A stretch of DNA of 64,000 nucleotides, from the NCBI GenBank assembly GCA_963744645.1, contig CAVUUN010000025.1, positions 11,264-75,263 of the forward strand, read 5' to 3'. This document shows, piece after piece, positions 19,361-28,008 of this stretch. The notes under the pieces were generated by a model. The model did not search any database and had not been told where the DNA came from. It saw only the letters and a list, made by a program, of their open reading frames with translations. Position 1 is the stretch's first letter; every line of letters begins with the position of its first letter. Made by a program: the position numbers and the translations under genes. The DNA is from an uncultured Acidobacteriota bacterium (GTDB lineage: Bacteria > Acidobacteriota > UBA6911 > RPQK01).

Positions 19361-19682
19361 GACTGCGCACTACCTACTGCGCACTACCTACTGTGCACTA
19401 CGCACTGCGCACTACTCACTGCGCACTACTTACTGCGCACTACGGACTGCGCACTTCGGACTGCGCACTGCTCGGCACTGCGCACTACGCACGGCCGCCG
19501 CACTCCAAGAAGGAGCACCGCAGCCCGGCGGTCGACTCTCGCTGGTGCCTCCTTCCCCGTGCAGTCCGCAGTGCGCAGTGGGTAGTGGGTAGCTGGGTAG
19601 TGGGTAGTGCGTAGTGCGCAGTGGGTAGTGCGCAGTAAGTAGTGCGCAGTGCCCCAGCGCAGCGGGCAGTGCGCAGTGCGCC
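19361..19682. repeat. Giant tandem-repeat palindrome of about 320 bp: (CTGCGCACTACnn)n on the left, (GTAGTGCGCAG)n on the right
   Basis: About 11 degenerate direct units lie on the left and their reverse complements on the right. The element sits in a divergent intergenic region between the radical SAM gene and aguB. Confidence 0.85.
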
Positions 19683-19705
19683 GTTGTCAGTTAGAATAAC
19701 GAGTT

Positions 19706-20584
19706 ATGGCCGACATCGTGAAGCTCGGGCTCATCCAGATGAGCTGCGTGGAAAACCGTGAAACCAATCTGGAGAAGGCCGTCCGGATGATCCGGGAGGC
19801 AGCCGACCAAGGGGCACAGGTTATCTGTCTTCAGGAGCTCTTCAGCTCACTCTACTTCTGCCAGACCGAAGACGTGCGGGTTTTCGACCTGGCCGAGCCG
19901 ATCCCCGGGCCTACCACCGACCGGCTGCGCGAATTGAGCCGGGAACTGAACGCCGTGATCGTCGCTTCCCTTTTCGAGAAACGAGCGCCCGGTCTCTACC
20001 ACAACACCTCGGTCGTGCTCGACCCGGTGGCCGGCCATGCCGGCACTTACCGCAAAATGCACATCCCGGACGACCCGCTTTACTACGAGAAGTTTTACTT
20101 CACCCCGGGCGATCTCGGCTTCTCCGGCCATCAAACCCGGTACGGAAATGTGGGCGTCCTCGTCTGCTGGGACCAATGGTTCCCGGAAGCGGCCAGGCTC
20201 ACCGCACTTGCCGGCGCCCAGGTCATTTTCTACCCGACTGCAATCGGTTGGCTGGACGGCGAGCAGGATGAGGTCAACAAGGGGCAGCATGAAGCCTGGG
20301 AGACTGTCCAGCGGGGTCATGCGGTCGCGAACGGCGTGTTCGTCGCTGCGATTAACCGAGTCGGTCGAGAGGGCTCACTCCGGTTCTGGGGACAGTCCTT
20401 CGTTTGCGATCCGTTCGGAAGGATCCTCGCCCGCGCGTCAGCGACGGAAGAAGAGACGCTCGTCGTGCCCTGCGACCTCGGGCTCATCGAACAAACTCGA
20501 CGAAGTTGGCCGTTTCTCCGCGACCGCCGGGTGGAATCCTACTCGGGGATCGGCCTCCGCTTTCTGGACAAGACCGGACAATGA
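19706..20584 (+). CDS. aguB: N-carbamoylputrescine amidase (carbon-nitrogen hydrolase family)
   Basis: The nitrilase-superfamily catalytic triad context is present (ICLQELF and VCWDQWFPE). The stop codon overlaps the aguA start in an ATGA arrangement. Confidence 0.75.
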   Translation: MADIVKLGLIQMSCVENRETNLEKAVRMIREAADQGAQVICLQELFSSLYFCQTEDVRVFDLAEPIPGPTTDRLRELSRELNAVIVASLFEKRAPGLYHNTSVVLDPVAGHAGTYRKMHIPDDPLYYEKFYFTPGDLGFSGHQTRYGNVGVLVCWDQWFPEAARLTALAGAQVIFYPTAIGWLDGEQDEVNKGQHEAWETVQRGHAVANGVFVAAINRVGREGSLRFWGQSFVCDPFGRILARASATEEETLVVPCDLGLIEQTRRSWPFLRDRRVESYSGIGLRFLDKTGQ

Positions 20585-21633
20585 ACCAGAAACGTGCATC
20601 CGATGGTGGCTTCTTCATGCCCGCGGAATGGCATCCGCACCAAGCCACATGGCTCACCTGGCCCAAAGACCCGGTGACGTGGCCGGACCGAGTCCCCCTC
20701 GTCGAGGAGATCTTCCTCACCATGATAAGGGAACTCGGTTCCCGCGAGCGGGTCGAGCTCCTCGTAGACGACGCCGAAACAGAGAATGAGGTCCGCGAAC
20801 GGCTCAGGACAACAGGCAGTGCCAAGCTCGACATCCGCTTCCACAGGATCAGGACGGTCGACAGCTGGGTTCGCGACTACGGTCCCAATTTTGTCATCAG
20901 GCGGGGAGCAGCCGGGGTTGAGCTCGCTTACAACCATTGGGTTTTCAACGCCTGGGGCAATAAGTACGCGGAGCTCAAAAAAGACGCTGCCATTCCGGAA
21001 ATCCTCGCCCCGGTCCTGGGAGTCCCGCGCTTCACCCCGGGGATAGTGCTTGAAGGCGGCTCAATCGACGTCAATGGAGAGGGGATCTGCTTGACGACCG
21101 AGCAGTGCCTGCTCAATCCCAATCGCAATCCGGGCCTCAGCCGGATCGAAATCGAGCAGCAACTCAAGGAGTATCTGGGCGTCCGGCACGTGGTTTGGCT
21201 GGGCGAGGGCATCGTTGGGGACGATACGGACGGCCATATCGACGACATCGCACGATTCGTGCGTCCGCATACGATCGTCTGCCCGACCGAAGAAGACCCG
21301 CAAGATCCGAATTATGCGCTCCTGCGCGATAACCTCGAGCGTCTGCAAAAGGCACGGACGTATGACGGCATGCCCTTCGAAGTGATCACCCTCCCGATGC
21401 CCGGGACCGTAGAATCGGGAGATGGCCGGCTCCCTGCCAGCTACGCCAATTTTTACGTCGCAAACGGCGTGGTCCTCGTTCCAACATTCGGACACCGGAA
21501 CGACGACGCCGCCCTCGAAACCCTCGCCCGGCTTTTTCCCGGTCGGAAAATCGTCGGGATCAACTGCGAGCCACTGGTGTGGGGGCTGGGGACGATTCAC
21601 TGCGTGACCCAGCAGCAGCCCTTAGCGGTTTGA
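20581..21633 (+). CDS. aguA: Agmatine deiminase
   Basis: PAEWHPHQATWLTWP is the agmatine deiminase N-terminal signature. The gene is translationally coupled to aguB. Confidence 0.8.
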   Translation: MNQKRASDGGFFMPAEWHPHQATWLTWPKDPVTWPDRVPLVEEIFLTMIRELGSRERVELLVDDAETENEVRERLRTTGSAKLDIRFHRIRTVDSWVRDYGPNFVIRRGAAGVELAYNHWVFNAWGNKYAELKKDAAIPEILAPVLGVPRFTPGIVLEGGSIDVNGEGICLTTEQCLLNPNRNPGLSRIEIEQQLKEYLGVRHVVWLGEGIVGDDTDGHIDDIARFVRPHTIVCPTEEDPQDPNYALLRDNLERLQKARTYDGMPFEVITLPMPGTVESGDGRLPASYANFYVANGVVLVPTFGHRNDDAALETLARLFPGRKIVGINCEPLVWGLGTIHCVTQQQPLAV

Positions 21634-21640
21634 CACAGCC

Positions 21641-21772
21641 GACCCAAGGACAACAAAGACCACAAAGACCACAAGGACAAAGCAGGACCCGCGGTCGTCC
21701 ATCTTGTCGTTGTTGTCCTTGAGGTCCTTGAGGTCCTTGAGGTCCTTGGGTCCTTGCGGTCCTTGCGGTCGG
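21641..21772. repeat. Tandem-repeat palindromic hairpin with (AAGACCACA)n and (GAGGTCCTT)n arms
   Basis: The direct-repeat arms lie between convergent stop codons at 21633 and 21793. The repeat units are related to those of the element at 5650-5765. Confidence 0.8.
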
Positions 21773-21792
21773 GCAGATTGTCAGCGTCGCCC

Positions 21793-22770
21793 TTAAAACT
21801 TCAAAATTGTTTCTATAACCGCCATGTTGTGAAGCGCGTCGGACAGCGGAATCGGCACTGCCGTATTATCGAGAATCGCCTTTGAGAACAGGCTGCCCTG
21901 GATCGTGTACATGTTGGCGGCAGGAACCTCCAGCACCTCGGTATTGGGCCGAACCGGATGTTCGCCTCCCTGGGTGAGAAGCAACCGTGTCGGTTGGTCC
22001 CACGGGATATTGAAGGGGATTTCGACCAGCAGACGTCCTTTGGTCCCCACAACGTGCACCCGCTGATCCGGCTCGACCTGGGTCGCACAGGTGAAGGTCG
22101 CGTGCCTGTCGCCGAATTTCAAGACACCGGAGCTCAGTATGTCGACACCGGAGGTCTTGTCGCGGTGGGTTATTCCCCAGGCATCGTCGGGTTCGGTGCC
22201 GAAAAGCATTCGTGACGCGTTGATGCAATAGCAGCCAATGTCCAGGATTGCTCCACCGCCGTACTCCAGGATGTTTCGGATATTGACAGGGTCCAGGTTC
22301 CGGTAGGCGAAAAAGCTCTGGACCGTGATCAGTTCGCCCAGGCGGCCGGAGGCGAGGATGTCGCGAACCTGCACCCACTGCGGGTGAAGCCGGTACATGA
22401 AGGCTTCCATCAACTTGCGGCCAGACTTCTCGGCCTGCTCCGCCATCTGCTGCGCTTCGGCCGCGGTTACTGCCAGCGGCTTCTCGCACAAGACGTGTTT
22501 GCCGGCTGCCAGCGCGGCAATCGTCCACTCGGCATGCATGTGATTGGGGAGCGGGTTATAGACCGCATCGATATCCGGATCGGCAAGCAGGTCAGAGTAA
22601 GTGCCGTAAGCTTTCGCGATCCCCAAGTCCGCGGCAGCCTGCGAGGCCCGCTGCTCGTCCCTGGACGCAATCGCCGTCACGTCGCAATACTTTGCGGCCT
22701 GCATGGCCGGAATGACCTTCACCACCCCGATTCTGGCCGTGCTGAGAACGCCCCACCGAACCTTTTTCAT
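21793..22770 (-). CDS. Gfo/Idh/MocA-family oxidoreductase
   Basis: The N-terminal Rossmann motif is VRWGVLSTARIG, and a Gfo/Idh/MocA C-terminal domain follows. Confidence 0.7.
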   Translation of the reverse strand: MKKVRWGVLSTARIGVVKVIPAMQAAKYCDVTAIASRDEQRASQAAADLGIAKAYGTYSDLLADPDIDAVYNPLPNHMHAEWTIAALAAGKHVLCEKPLAVTAAEAQQMAEQAEKSGRKLMEAFMYRLHPQWVQVRDILASGRLGELITVQSFFAYRNLDPVNIRNILEYGGGAILDIGCYCINASRMLFGTEPDDAWGITHRDKTSGVDILSSGVLKFGDRHATFTCATQVEPDQRVHVVGTKGRLLVEIPFNIPWDQPTRLLLTQGGEHPVRPNTEVLEVPAANMYTIQGSLFSKAILDNTAVPIPLSDALHNMAVIETILKF

Positions 22771-22801
22771 GGCACACCTGGTCTTCGGATTCCTGTCCCG
22801 G

Positions 22802-23101
22802 TTACTGCTTTTTTTCCCTGACCTTGGTGACTTCGGCTTCCATTTCCCGATTGAGCCGATTGCGGTCGTCGATCAGTTGCTGGCGTATCTTCTCAATCGC
22901 CTCGTAGTCCCCCTCCCCGACGGCCTTCCTGATCCGGTCGTCGGTCGCTATTTCAGCCTCGGCGATCTTCGCCTTGTATTTCCCTCTCACTTCGGCGATC
23001 TCCGCCTTCTGTTCCGGCGTCAGCTTTTCGGTCCCCGGCTGATCGGAAATTCCCAACTTTTCCATCGCCAGTTCCCATGAGGACTTCAGTTCGTCGTCCA
23101 T
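22802..23101 (-). CDS. Small charged coiled-coil hypothetical protein
   Basis: Starting at MDDELKSSWELAMEKLG, this is a roughly 100-aa Lys/Glu-rich ORF with no recognisable domain. Confidence 0.4.
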   Translation of the reverse strand: MDDELKSSWELAMEKLGISDQPGTEKLTPEQKAEIAEVRGKYKAKIAEAEIATDDRIRKAVGEGDYEAIEKIRQQLIDDRNRLNREMEAEVTKVREKKQ

Positions 23102-23231
23102 CCAGTTTCTCCTCCTCGTTGCCGGGGCTCTGTTTGCGGGTTCCCGGCCCATCGACCGCAAATCTCCTCCTGTCAGAATATACGCATCGAGACTGGAAAC
23201 CAACAGGCCCAGCCTCTAAACTAGGGGGACC

Positions 23232-24995
23232 ATGGAACCGACCACCGGCCGGGCCAGAACAGCTGGAACTCGCAGCTTCTGGCGGAAAAAAGTCGTTCTG
23301 CTCAATTATCTCGAGGCCTTTCACCTCGCCTCGGATATGGATTCGCTGATCCGTTCACTGCGAATGCTCCTTCAGGATGAATTCAATGCGGCCGGGATTA
23401 ACTTTTCGGTGATCGACGTCCGCAAGAAACAACTGACGTACTTTTACCCCGAGTCTTTATCGGGCGTGCCGGTCGTGACCGGCGAAGGGTTCAGCGGGCT
23501 GGCCGTTGCGGCCGGACACCCGCTCATCTTCCGATCATCGGAGGCTCCCCTGCCTTACCATGCTTTACCGGAGACACTCGAGTTCGCCCGGCCCTCCCGT
23601 TCCGTCCTGGTTGCCCCGCTGATCCGGGACAACCGGGTCATCGGTACCATCGAACTCATCGACCGAGGCGACGGCATAGAATTTACCGCAGCGGATGCGA
23701 GTTACCTCGAAGCGCTCGCGCCGCACATGGCCGTCGCTGTTAATCACTTTGTTCTCGCGCATGAAGCCAAGAGAAGAGACGAGGAAGAGGCGCGGCTCAA
23801 GGAGATTGCGCGCTCCATCAGCACCAGCCTGAATCTGGACGAGATGCTCGAGGAGATCGTGCTGCATCTGAGAGGCCTCATCCCGTACGACGCCGCGGCT
23901 ATCCTGCTGTTCCCCCTGCCCGACCGGCGGGAAGAGGCTTCGACCTGCGGGCTCGATCCCCAGGAACGGCTGCAGGTCATCGAGGAGGCGCGAAGAACTC
24001 AGAAAAGCTGGCAGGAAACCGGGGCCGTGGCCAGAATACTCTCCCGCCAGGATTACGAGGATTTCCACCTGCCTGCCCGGCCGACGGGGGAATCGGAAAT
24101 CGTCATCCCTCTGACCAGTGACGAGAAGACCATCGGTATGTTCCTGCTGATCAACGATCAGCGAGACGCATACTCGCAGGCCGACCTGGAGCTTCTGGAA
24201 GCCTTCGCGGGCCAGGCCTCTCTCGCGATCGAGCGCGCTCGGCTTCACCGTTCCGTCATCGAGAAAACACAGCTCGAGCAGGAATTGCGGATCGCCCGCG
24301 AAATCCAGCTGCGCTTCCTGCCTCGCGAGATGCCCCTGATCAGCCGGCTGCAGTTGGCTGGCCGCAACGTAGCCTCTCGCCTGGTCAGCGGCGACTACTA
24401 CGACTTCATTCGTATCGTCGATGGCCAGTGGGGGATGGTTATCGGAGACGTCTCGAGCAAGGGGATTTCGGCGGGCCTGATCATGTCCGCGTTCCGGGCC
24501 TCCCTGCTGGCCGAGATCCGGAATAACTTCTCGATCGCGACCATTCTCGCAAAGGTCAATCGCCTGCTGTGGGAGACCACCGACCAGAACCGGTTTGTCA
24601 CCGCCTTCTACGGTGTTTTTGACGAGAAGGAGCGGGTGCTCACCTACAGCAACGCGGGTCACAACCCTCCGCTGCTTCTGCGGTCAGACGGGTCGCTCCT
24701 GAAACTCCAGACGGGGGGAATCATCCTTGGCGCGTTCGAAAGCGTCAAGTACGTCGAGGACCGCGTCAATCTCTGGCCGGGGGACTTGCTCCTGCTGTAC
24801 ACCGACGGGGTTACAGAAGCCCCGGGGCCGGACGGCGAAGAACTCGGAACCGAGCGGCTCGAACAGATCCTGCGCGAGTCGTACCACCACTCTCCGGACG
24901 AGATCGCCGACCGCCTGGTCAGCGAAACCACCCGGTACTCGGAAGCCGCCCTTCCGGAAGACGACGCGACACTCGTGGTGATCAAAGTCGTCTGA
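23232..24995 (+). CDS. GAF-domain PP2C-type serine phosphatase (RsbU/SpoIIE family)
   Basis: The protein has tandem GAF regions followed by a C-terminal PP2C/SpoIIE domain (GDVSSKGISAG...YTDGVTEA). Confidence 0.7.
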   Translation: MEPTTGRARTAGTRSFWRKKVVLLNYLEAFHLASDMDSLIRSLRMLLQDEFNAAGINFSVIDVRKKQLTYFYPESLSGVPVVTGEGFSGLAVAAGHPLIFRSSEAPLPYHALPETLEFARPSRSVLVAPLIRDNRVIGTIELIDRGDGIEFTAADASYLEALAPHMAVAVNHFVLAHEAKRRDEEEARLKEIARSISTSLNLDEMLEEIVLHLRGLIPYDAAAILLFPLPDRREEASTCGLDPQERLQVIEEARRTQKSWQETGAVARILSRQDYEDFHLPARPTGESEIVIPLTSDEKTIGMFLLINDQRDAYSQADLELLEAFAGQASLAIERARLHRSVIEKTQLEQELRIAREIQLRFLPREMPLISRLQLAGRNVASRLVSGDYYDFIRIVDGQWGMVIGDVSSKGISAGLIMSAFRASLLAEIRNNFSIATILAKVNRLLWETTDQNRFVTAFYGVFDEKERVLTYSNAGHNPPLLLRSDGSLLKLQTGGIILGAFESVKYVEDRVNLWPGDLLLLYTDGVTEAPGPDGEELGTERLEQILRESYHHSPDEIADRLVSETTRYSEAALPEDDATLVVIKVV

Positions 24996-25011
24996 AAGAG
25001 GCGCGAAAGGG

Positions 25012-25140
25012 AGCAAGAGACGCAAATGTTTCACGCAAGAGGCGCAAGAGACGCAAAAGAAACGCTAAGGTCGGCCTTTCCGTCTAGCGTTTCTTTTGCG
25101 TCTCTTGCGCCTCTTGCGTGAGACATTTGCGTCTCTTGCA
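25012..25140. repeat. Palindromic hairpin with (GCAAGAGACGCAA)n arms between convergent genes
   Basis: The left arm is gcaagagacgcaaatgtttcacgcaagaggcgcaagagacgcaaaagaaacgct and the right arm is its inverted complement. Confidence 0.8.
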
Positions 25141-25156
25141 TACTTTTGCGGCGGAG

Positions 25157-26260
25157 TCAGTCGGTGCCCCGTCTCCTTGTCTCCTGGTCTCCTTGTCTCC
25201 CTGTCTTCTTCTCCGGGACGCCTGCCTGATGGCAATCCGTGCACGCGACGAAGTGAATATTCTGTGCGCTCTCGGGGTCCAGGTAGGTGGTGTTCATCTT
25301 TTCGACGTCCAGGCCGCAGTTGGACATCTTCGGATGACAGTGCCGGCACGAAGCCCGGGCATCCATGGAGTGGGCGGCATGGCAGGAAGAGCAGCTCAGC
25401 CCCTCGTGGACTCCGCGCGGGGTCCGGTCGTCACCCACGCCCGCCGTCTGGTTGGCGACATTGGCGTGGCACTGGACGCACACCCGTTGCCCCAGGTCGG
25501 CCGAGACCACCAAATCCTGGCTCCCAGGGAGACTCCTTGGTTGGGGCAGAACCGCCGCCTCGAAATGGCGCGCCTCGTTCCGATCGTAAAAGCTGACTGG
25601 AAAAGGCTTTCCGGGCCGCTTTGAAGCGGCCATCTTCGGCTTGGCGTAATCCGGCCGCGCCGCAGGCTCCCCCGTCTTGTGAATCTCGTGGCAGACCAGG
25701 CAGGGAATGGCCGGCTGTTCAGCGCGCTCGGTCGAGACCATCTTCCAGGGGCCCTTCGTGCTGATCGGCTGGACGAGGTCTTCGATCCGGCCCTCGAAGA
25801 ACATGCCGTGGCATCTGAGGCAATCGGCGTTGATCTGCTCGGTCCGGTTGTGCTCTTCGTTGAGCAGAAAGTCCGCATAACGCATGGAGTGGCCGCTGGA
25901 AAACCAGGCAGCGTATTCGCGTTCGTGACACGCCTTGCAGCGAGCCTGCATTTCCACGACCTGGTCCCCGCTCAGGCGAATGTTGTCGTGTCTCTCTTCG
26001 GAGAAATGCCTGGCGGCCCTCCGTGAATTCTCCCATAGGCTGTGCAACCCGTTGCTGACAGCGGTGCCGTGGCAGGTGTCGCACTTGGCATTCCGGTGAG
26101 CGGACTGCATCCAGAGGTCATGACTCGGTTGAATCTCGTGACACCTCACGCAGGTGTTCTGAGGGGACGCAGTGTGCCAATAGAAACTAAAGGCACCGAG
26201 CACCACGAGTGCGGAGATCCCAAATAGTAGTAACCACTTCTTCCCAGCTCCTGCTCTCAT
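25157..26260 (-). CDS. Multiheme c-type cytochrome, the cytochrome subunit of a membrane dehydrogenase complex
   Basis: The protein carries at least 9 CxxCH motifs (CVRCH, CDTCH, CKACH, CLRCH, CLVCH, CVQCH, CSSCH, CRHCH, CTDCH). Its start overlaps the stop of the upstream GMC gene in an ATGA arrangement. Confidence 0.7.
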   Translation of the reverse strand: MRAGAGKKWLLLFGISALVVLGAFSFYWHTASPQNTCVRCHEIQPSHDLWMQSAHRNAKCDTCHGTAVSNGLHSLWENSRRAARHFSEERHDNIRLSGDQVVEMQARCKACHEREYAAWFSSGHSMRYADFLLNEEHNRTEQINADCLRCHGMFFEGRIEDLVQPISTKGPWKMVSTERAEQPAIPCLVCHEIHKTGEPAARPDYAKPKMAASKRPGKPFPVSFYDRNEARHFEAAVLPQPRSLPGSQDLVVSADLGQRVCVQCHANVANQTAGVGDDRTPRGVHEGLSCSSCHAAHSMDARASCRHCHPKMSNCGLDVEKMNTTYLDPESAQNIHFVACTDCHQAGVPEKKTGRQGDQETRRRGTD

Positions 26261-27906
26261 GTTCTGCCTTTCCACTGGTCCCTGATGTGCTGTGAGACCC
26301 AATAGCCGAGTGCCATCACCGTCAGTGCCGGGTTGAATCCCCCGTTCGTAACGTGAAGGCTGGCATCGGCAATGAACAGGTTATCCACGTCGTGGATTCG
26401 ACCGTAGCGGTCAGTGACCGAGGTTTTCGGGTCTGTCCCCATCCGACAGGTCCCTGCCTGGTGTTGGCCGCCGCTAAGACCGAGTCCCGGGACGCGTTTG
26501 AACGTCTCCGTGGCCCCCGCTTCTTGGAGCAACCGCTCGCACTTGTCGGCGATGAAGCGTGCGACCTCGACGTCGTGCGGATGGCGCTGACCCGAAAGCC
26601 GGGCCACCGGCTTGCCCCAGTAGTCCTTCACTTTTGGGTCGACATCGACACGGGCGTCGAACACCGGCATTTCTTGAACCGGGCCCTGGGCGCCGGCGCT
26701 GCGCCGGTAATAATGGCGCTGGAACTCCTTGTGCGCGAGGCCCCACGACGGGGAGCCCGGAGGGCGGCGTCCCGTAAAAAGGTACGGCAACCGGATGAAC
26801 TCGTTGGCGATCATCGCCCCGCCGACGATACCGCCCGGGTTCCCATGATTGAAATCGCACAGGGCGAAACAGACCCCCGGCCCGATGTCGTCGTAGACCT
26901 CCTGCTCAAACAACCCGGTGGCGCCGCAGTATGCGTGCCCCTGGAGGTTTCGACCCACCCAGTCGAAACGGTTCCCGATCCCCTTCGGAAACAGCTTGTT
27001 GCGGGAATTCAGAAGGAGCCTTGGCGTCTCGGTCGCGGAGCAGGCGAGAATCACGAGGTCGGCCGTCTGTTCCTGCTCGCGATCTTCCGCATCGAAGTAT
27101 TTCGCAGAGCGCGCCCGGCCCCGGTCGTCGAGCACGATCTCGGAAGCCACGCAGCCCGTCCGCACTTCGCAATTCCCGGTCTCGATTGCTTTCGGTATGA
27201 CGGTATTCTGAGTCCCGCACTTCGCGTTGACTTCACAGGCGAACCCCACGCAGTAGCGGCAGTGAATGCACGCCGGCCGCCCACCGTAGGGAATCGTATT
27301 CCTGAGCATTGGCGGGTGAAACGGGTGCCAGCCGAGCCGGCGCGCGGCGGCATCGAGCATCCGTCCCTCGCAGGTGTACGGGTGAGGAGGCATCGGGTAG
27401 GGCTTGCGTTGCGGCGGCGCAAAGGCGTTTTCGGCGTGGCTCCCCGAGACTCCGATCTCCCACTCCGCTTTCTCGTAGCAAGGCTCGAGATCCTCGTAGC
27501 TGATCGGCCAGTCCTCGAGCGTAGATCCGGCGACCGGGCCGTAGGTCGACTTCATCCTGAAATCCTGGGGCATGTAACGCCAGGCCAGCGCACCGTAGGA
27601 GGCCGTGCCGGATCCGACGCAGGCAGCCACGTTGCTGTACCCGCCGTCGCTCGCCGGGACGACCCGTTCGCGCCCCTTGGCGTCAACGACCACACGCTGC
27701 CAGCGTCGGTCGTCGGGTCCGAAAGCATTGCCGAGCGCGGTGGTTCGCTGGCTGATCAGTTCGTCGTGGTCATTGTCTGAAAAGTGGGGCCACGGCCCGC
27801 GCTCGAGCAGGACGACCGTGAGGCCCGCCTCGGCCAGTTCCTTGGCAACGACACCGCCTCCGGCGCCCGCTCCGATAACCACTGCGTTAACATGCTTGAG
27901 GGCCAT
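26257..27906 (-). CDS. GMC-family FAD oxidoreductase, the large subunit (gluconate 2-dehydrogenase-like)
   Basis: The N-terminus has the FAD Rossmann motif VVIGAGAGGGVVAKELAEAG, and a GMC C-terminal domain follows. Confidence 0.75.
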   Translation of the reverse strand: MALKHVNAVVIGAGAGGGVVAKELAEAGLTVVLLERGPWPHFSDNDHDELISQRTTALGNAFGPDDRRWQRVVVDAKGRERVVPASDGGYSNVAACVGSGTASYGALAWRYMPQDFRMKSTYGPVAGSTLEDWPISYEDLEPCYEKAEWEIGVSGSHAENAFAPPQRKPYPMPPHPYTCEGRMLDAAARRLGWHPFHPPMLRNTIPYGGRPACIHCRYCVGFACEVNAKCGTQNTVIPKAIETGNCEVRTGCVASEIVLDDRGRARSAKYFDAEDREQEQTADLVILACSATETPRLLLNSRNKLFPKGIGNRFDWVGRNLQGHAYCGATGLFEQEVYDDIGPGVCFALCDFNHGNPGGIVGGAMIANEFIRLPYLFTGRRPPGSPSWGLAHKEFQRHYYRRSAGAQGPVQEMPVFDARVDVDPKVKDYWGKPVARLSGQRHPHDVEVARFIADKCERLLQEAGATETFKRVPGLGLSGGQHQAGTCRMGTDPKTSVTDRYGRIHDVDNLFIADASLHVTNGGFNPALTVMALGYWVSQHIRDQWKGRT

Positions 27907-27914
27907 CGTGAAAA

Positions 27915-28008
27915 TCCTGAGTCGAGTTTCGGGGACACAAAACTTAGTTCCTTCGCTTGCGCTTGATTGCGCCGGCTGGGTGGGAATTAAGTATTATGTC
28001 CCCGAAGC
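27915..28008. repeat. MITE-like hairpin element, copy 3, inserted between dehydrogenase subunit genes
   Basis: The ends are GAGTTTCGGGGACACAAAACTTAGTTCC and GGAATTAAGTATTATGTCCCCGAAGCT. Confidence 0.85.

Noticed and set aside
19361-19682. CRISPR array interpretation of the tandem-repeat regions.
   Set aside because: The units are 7-11 bp, contiguous, and carry no unique spacers. Each array is followed by its own reverse complement, giving a hairpin and not a repeat-spacer structure. No cas genes are present.
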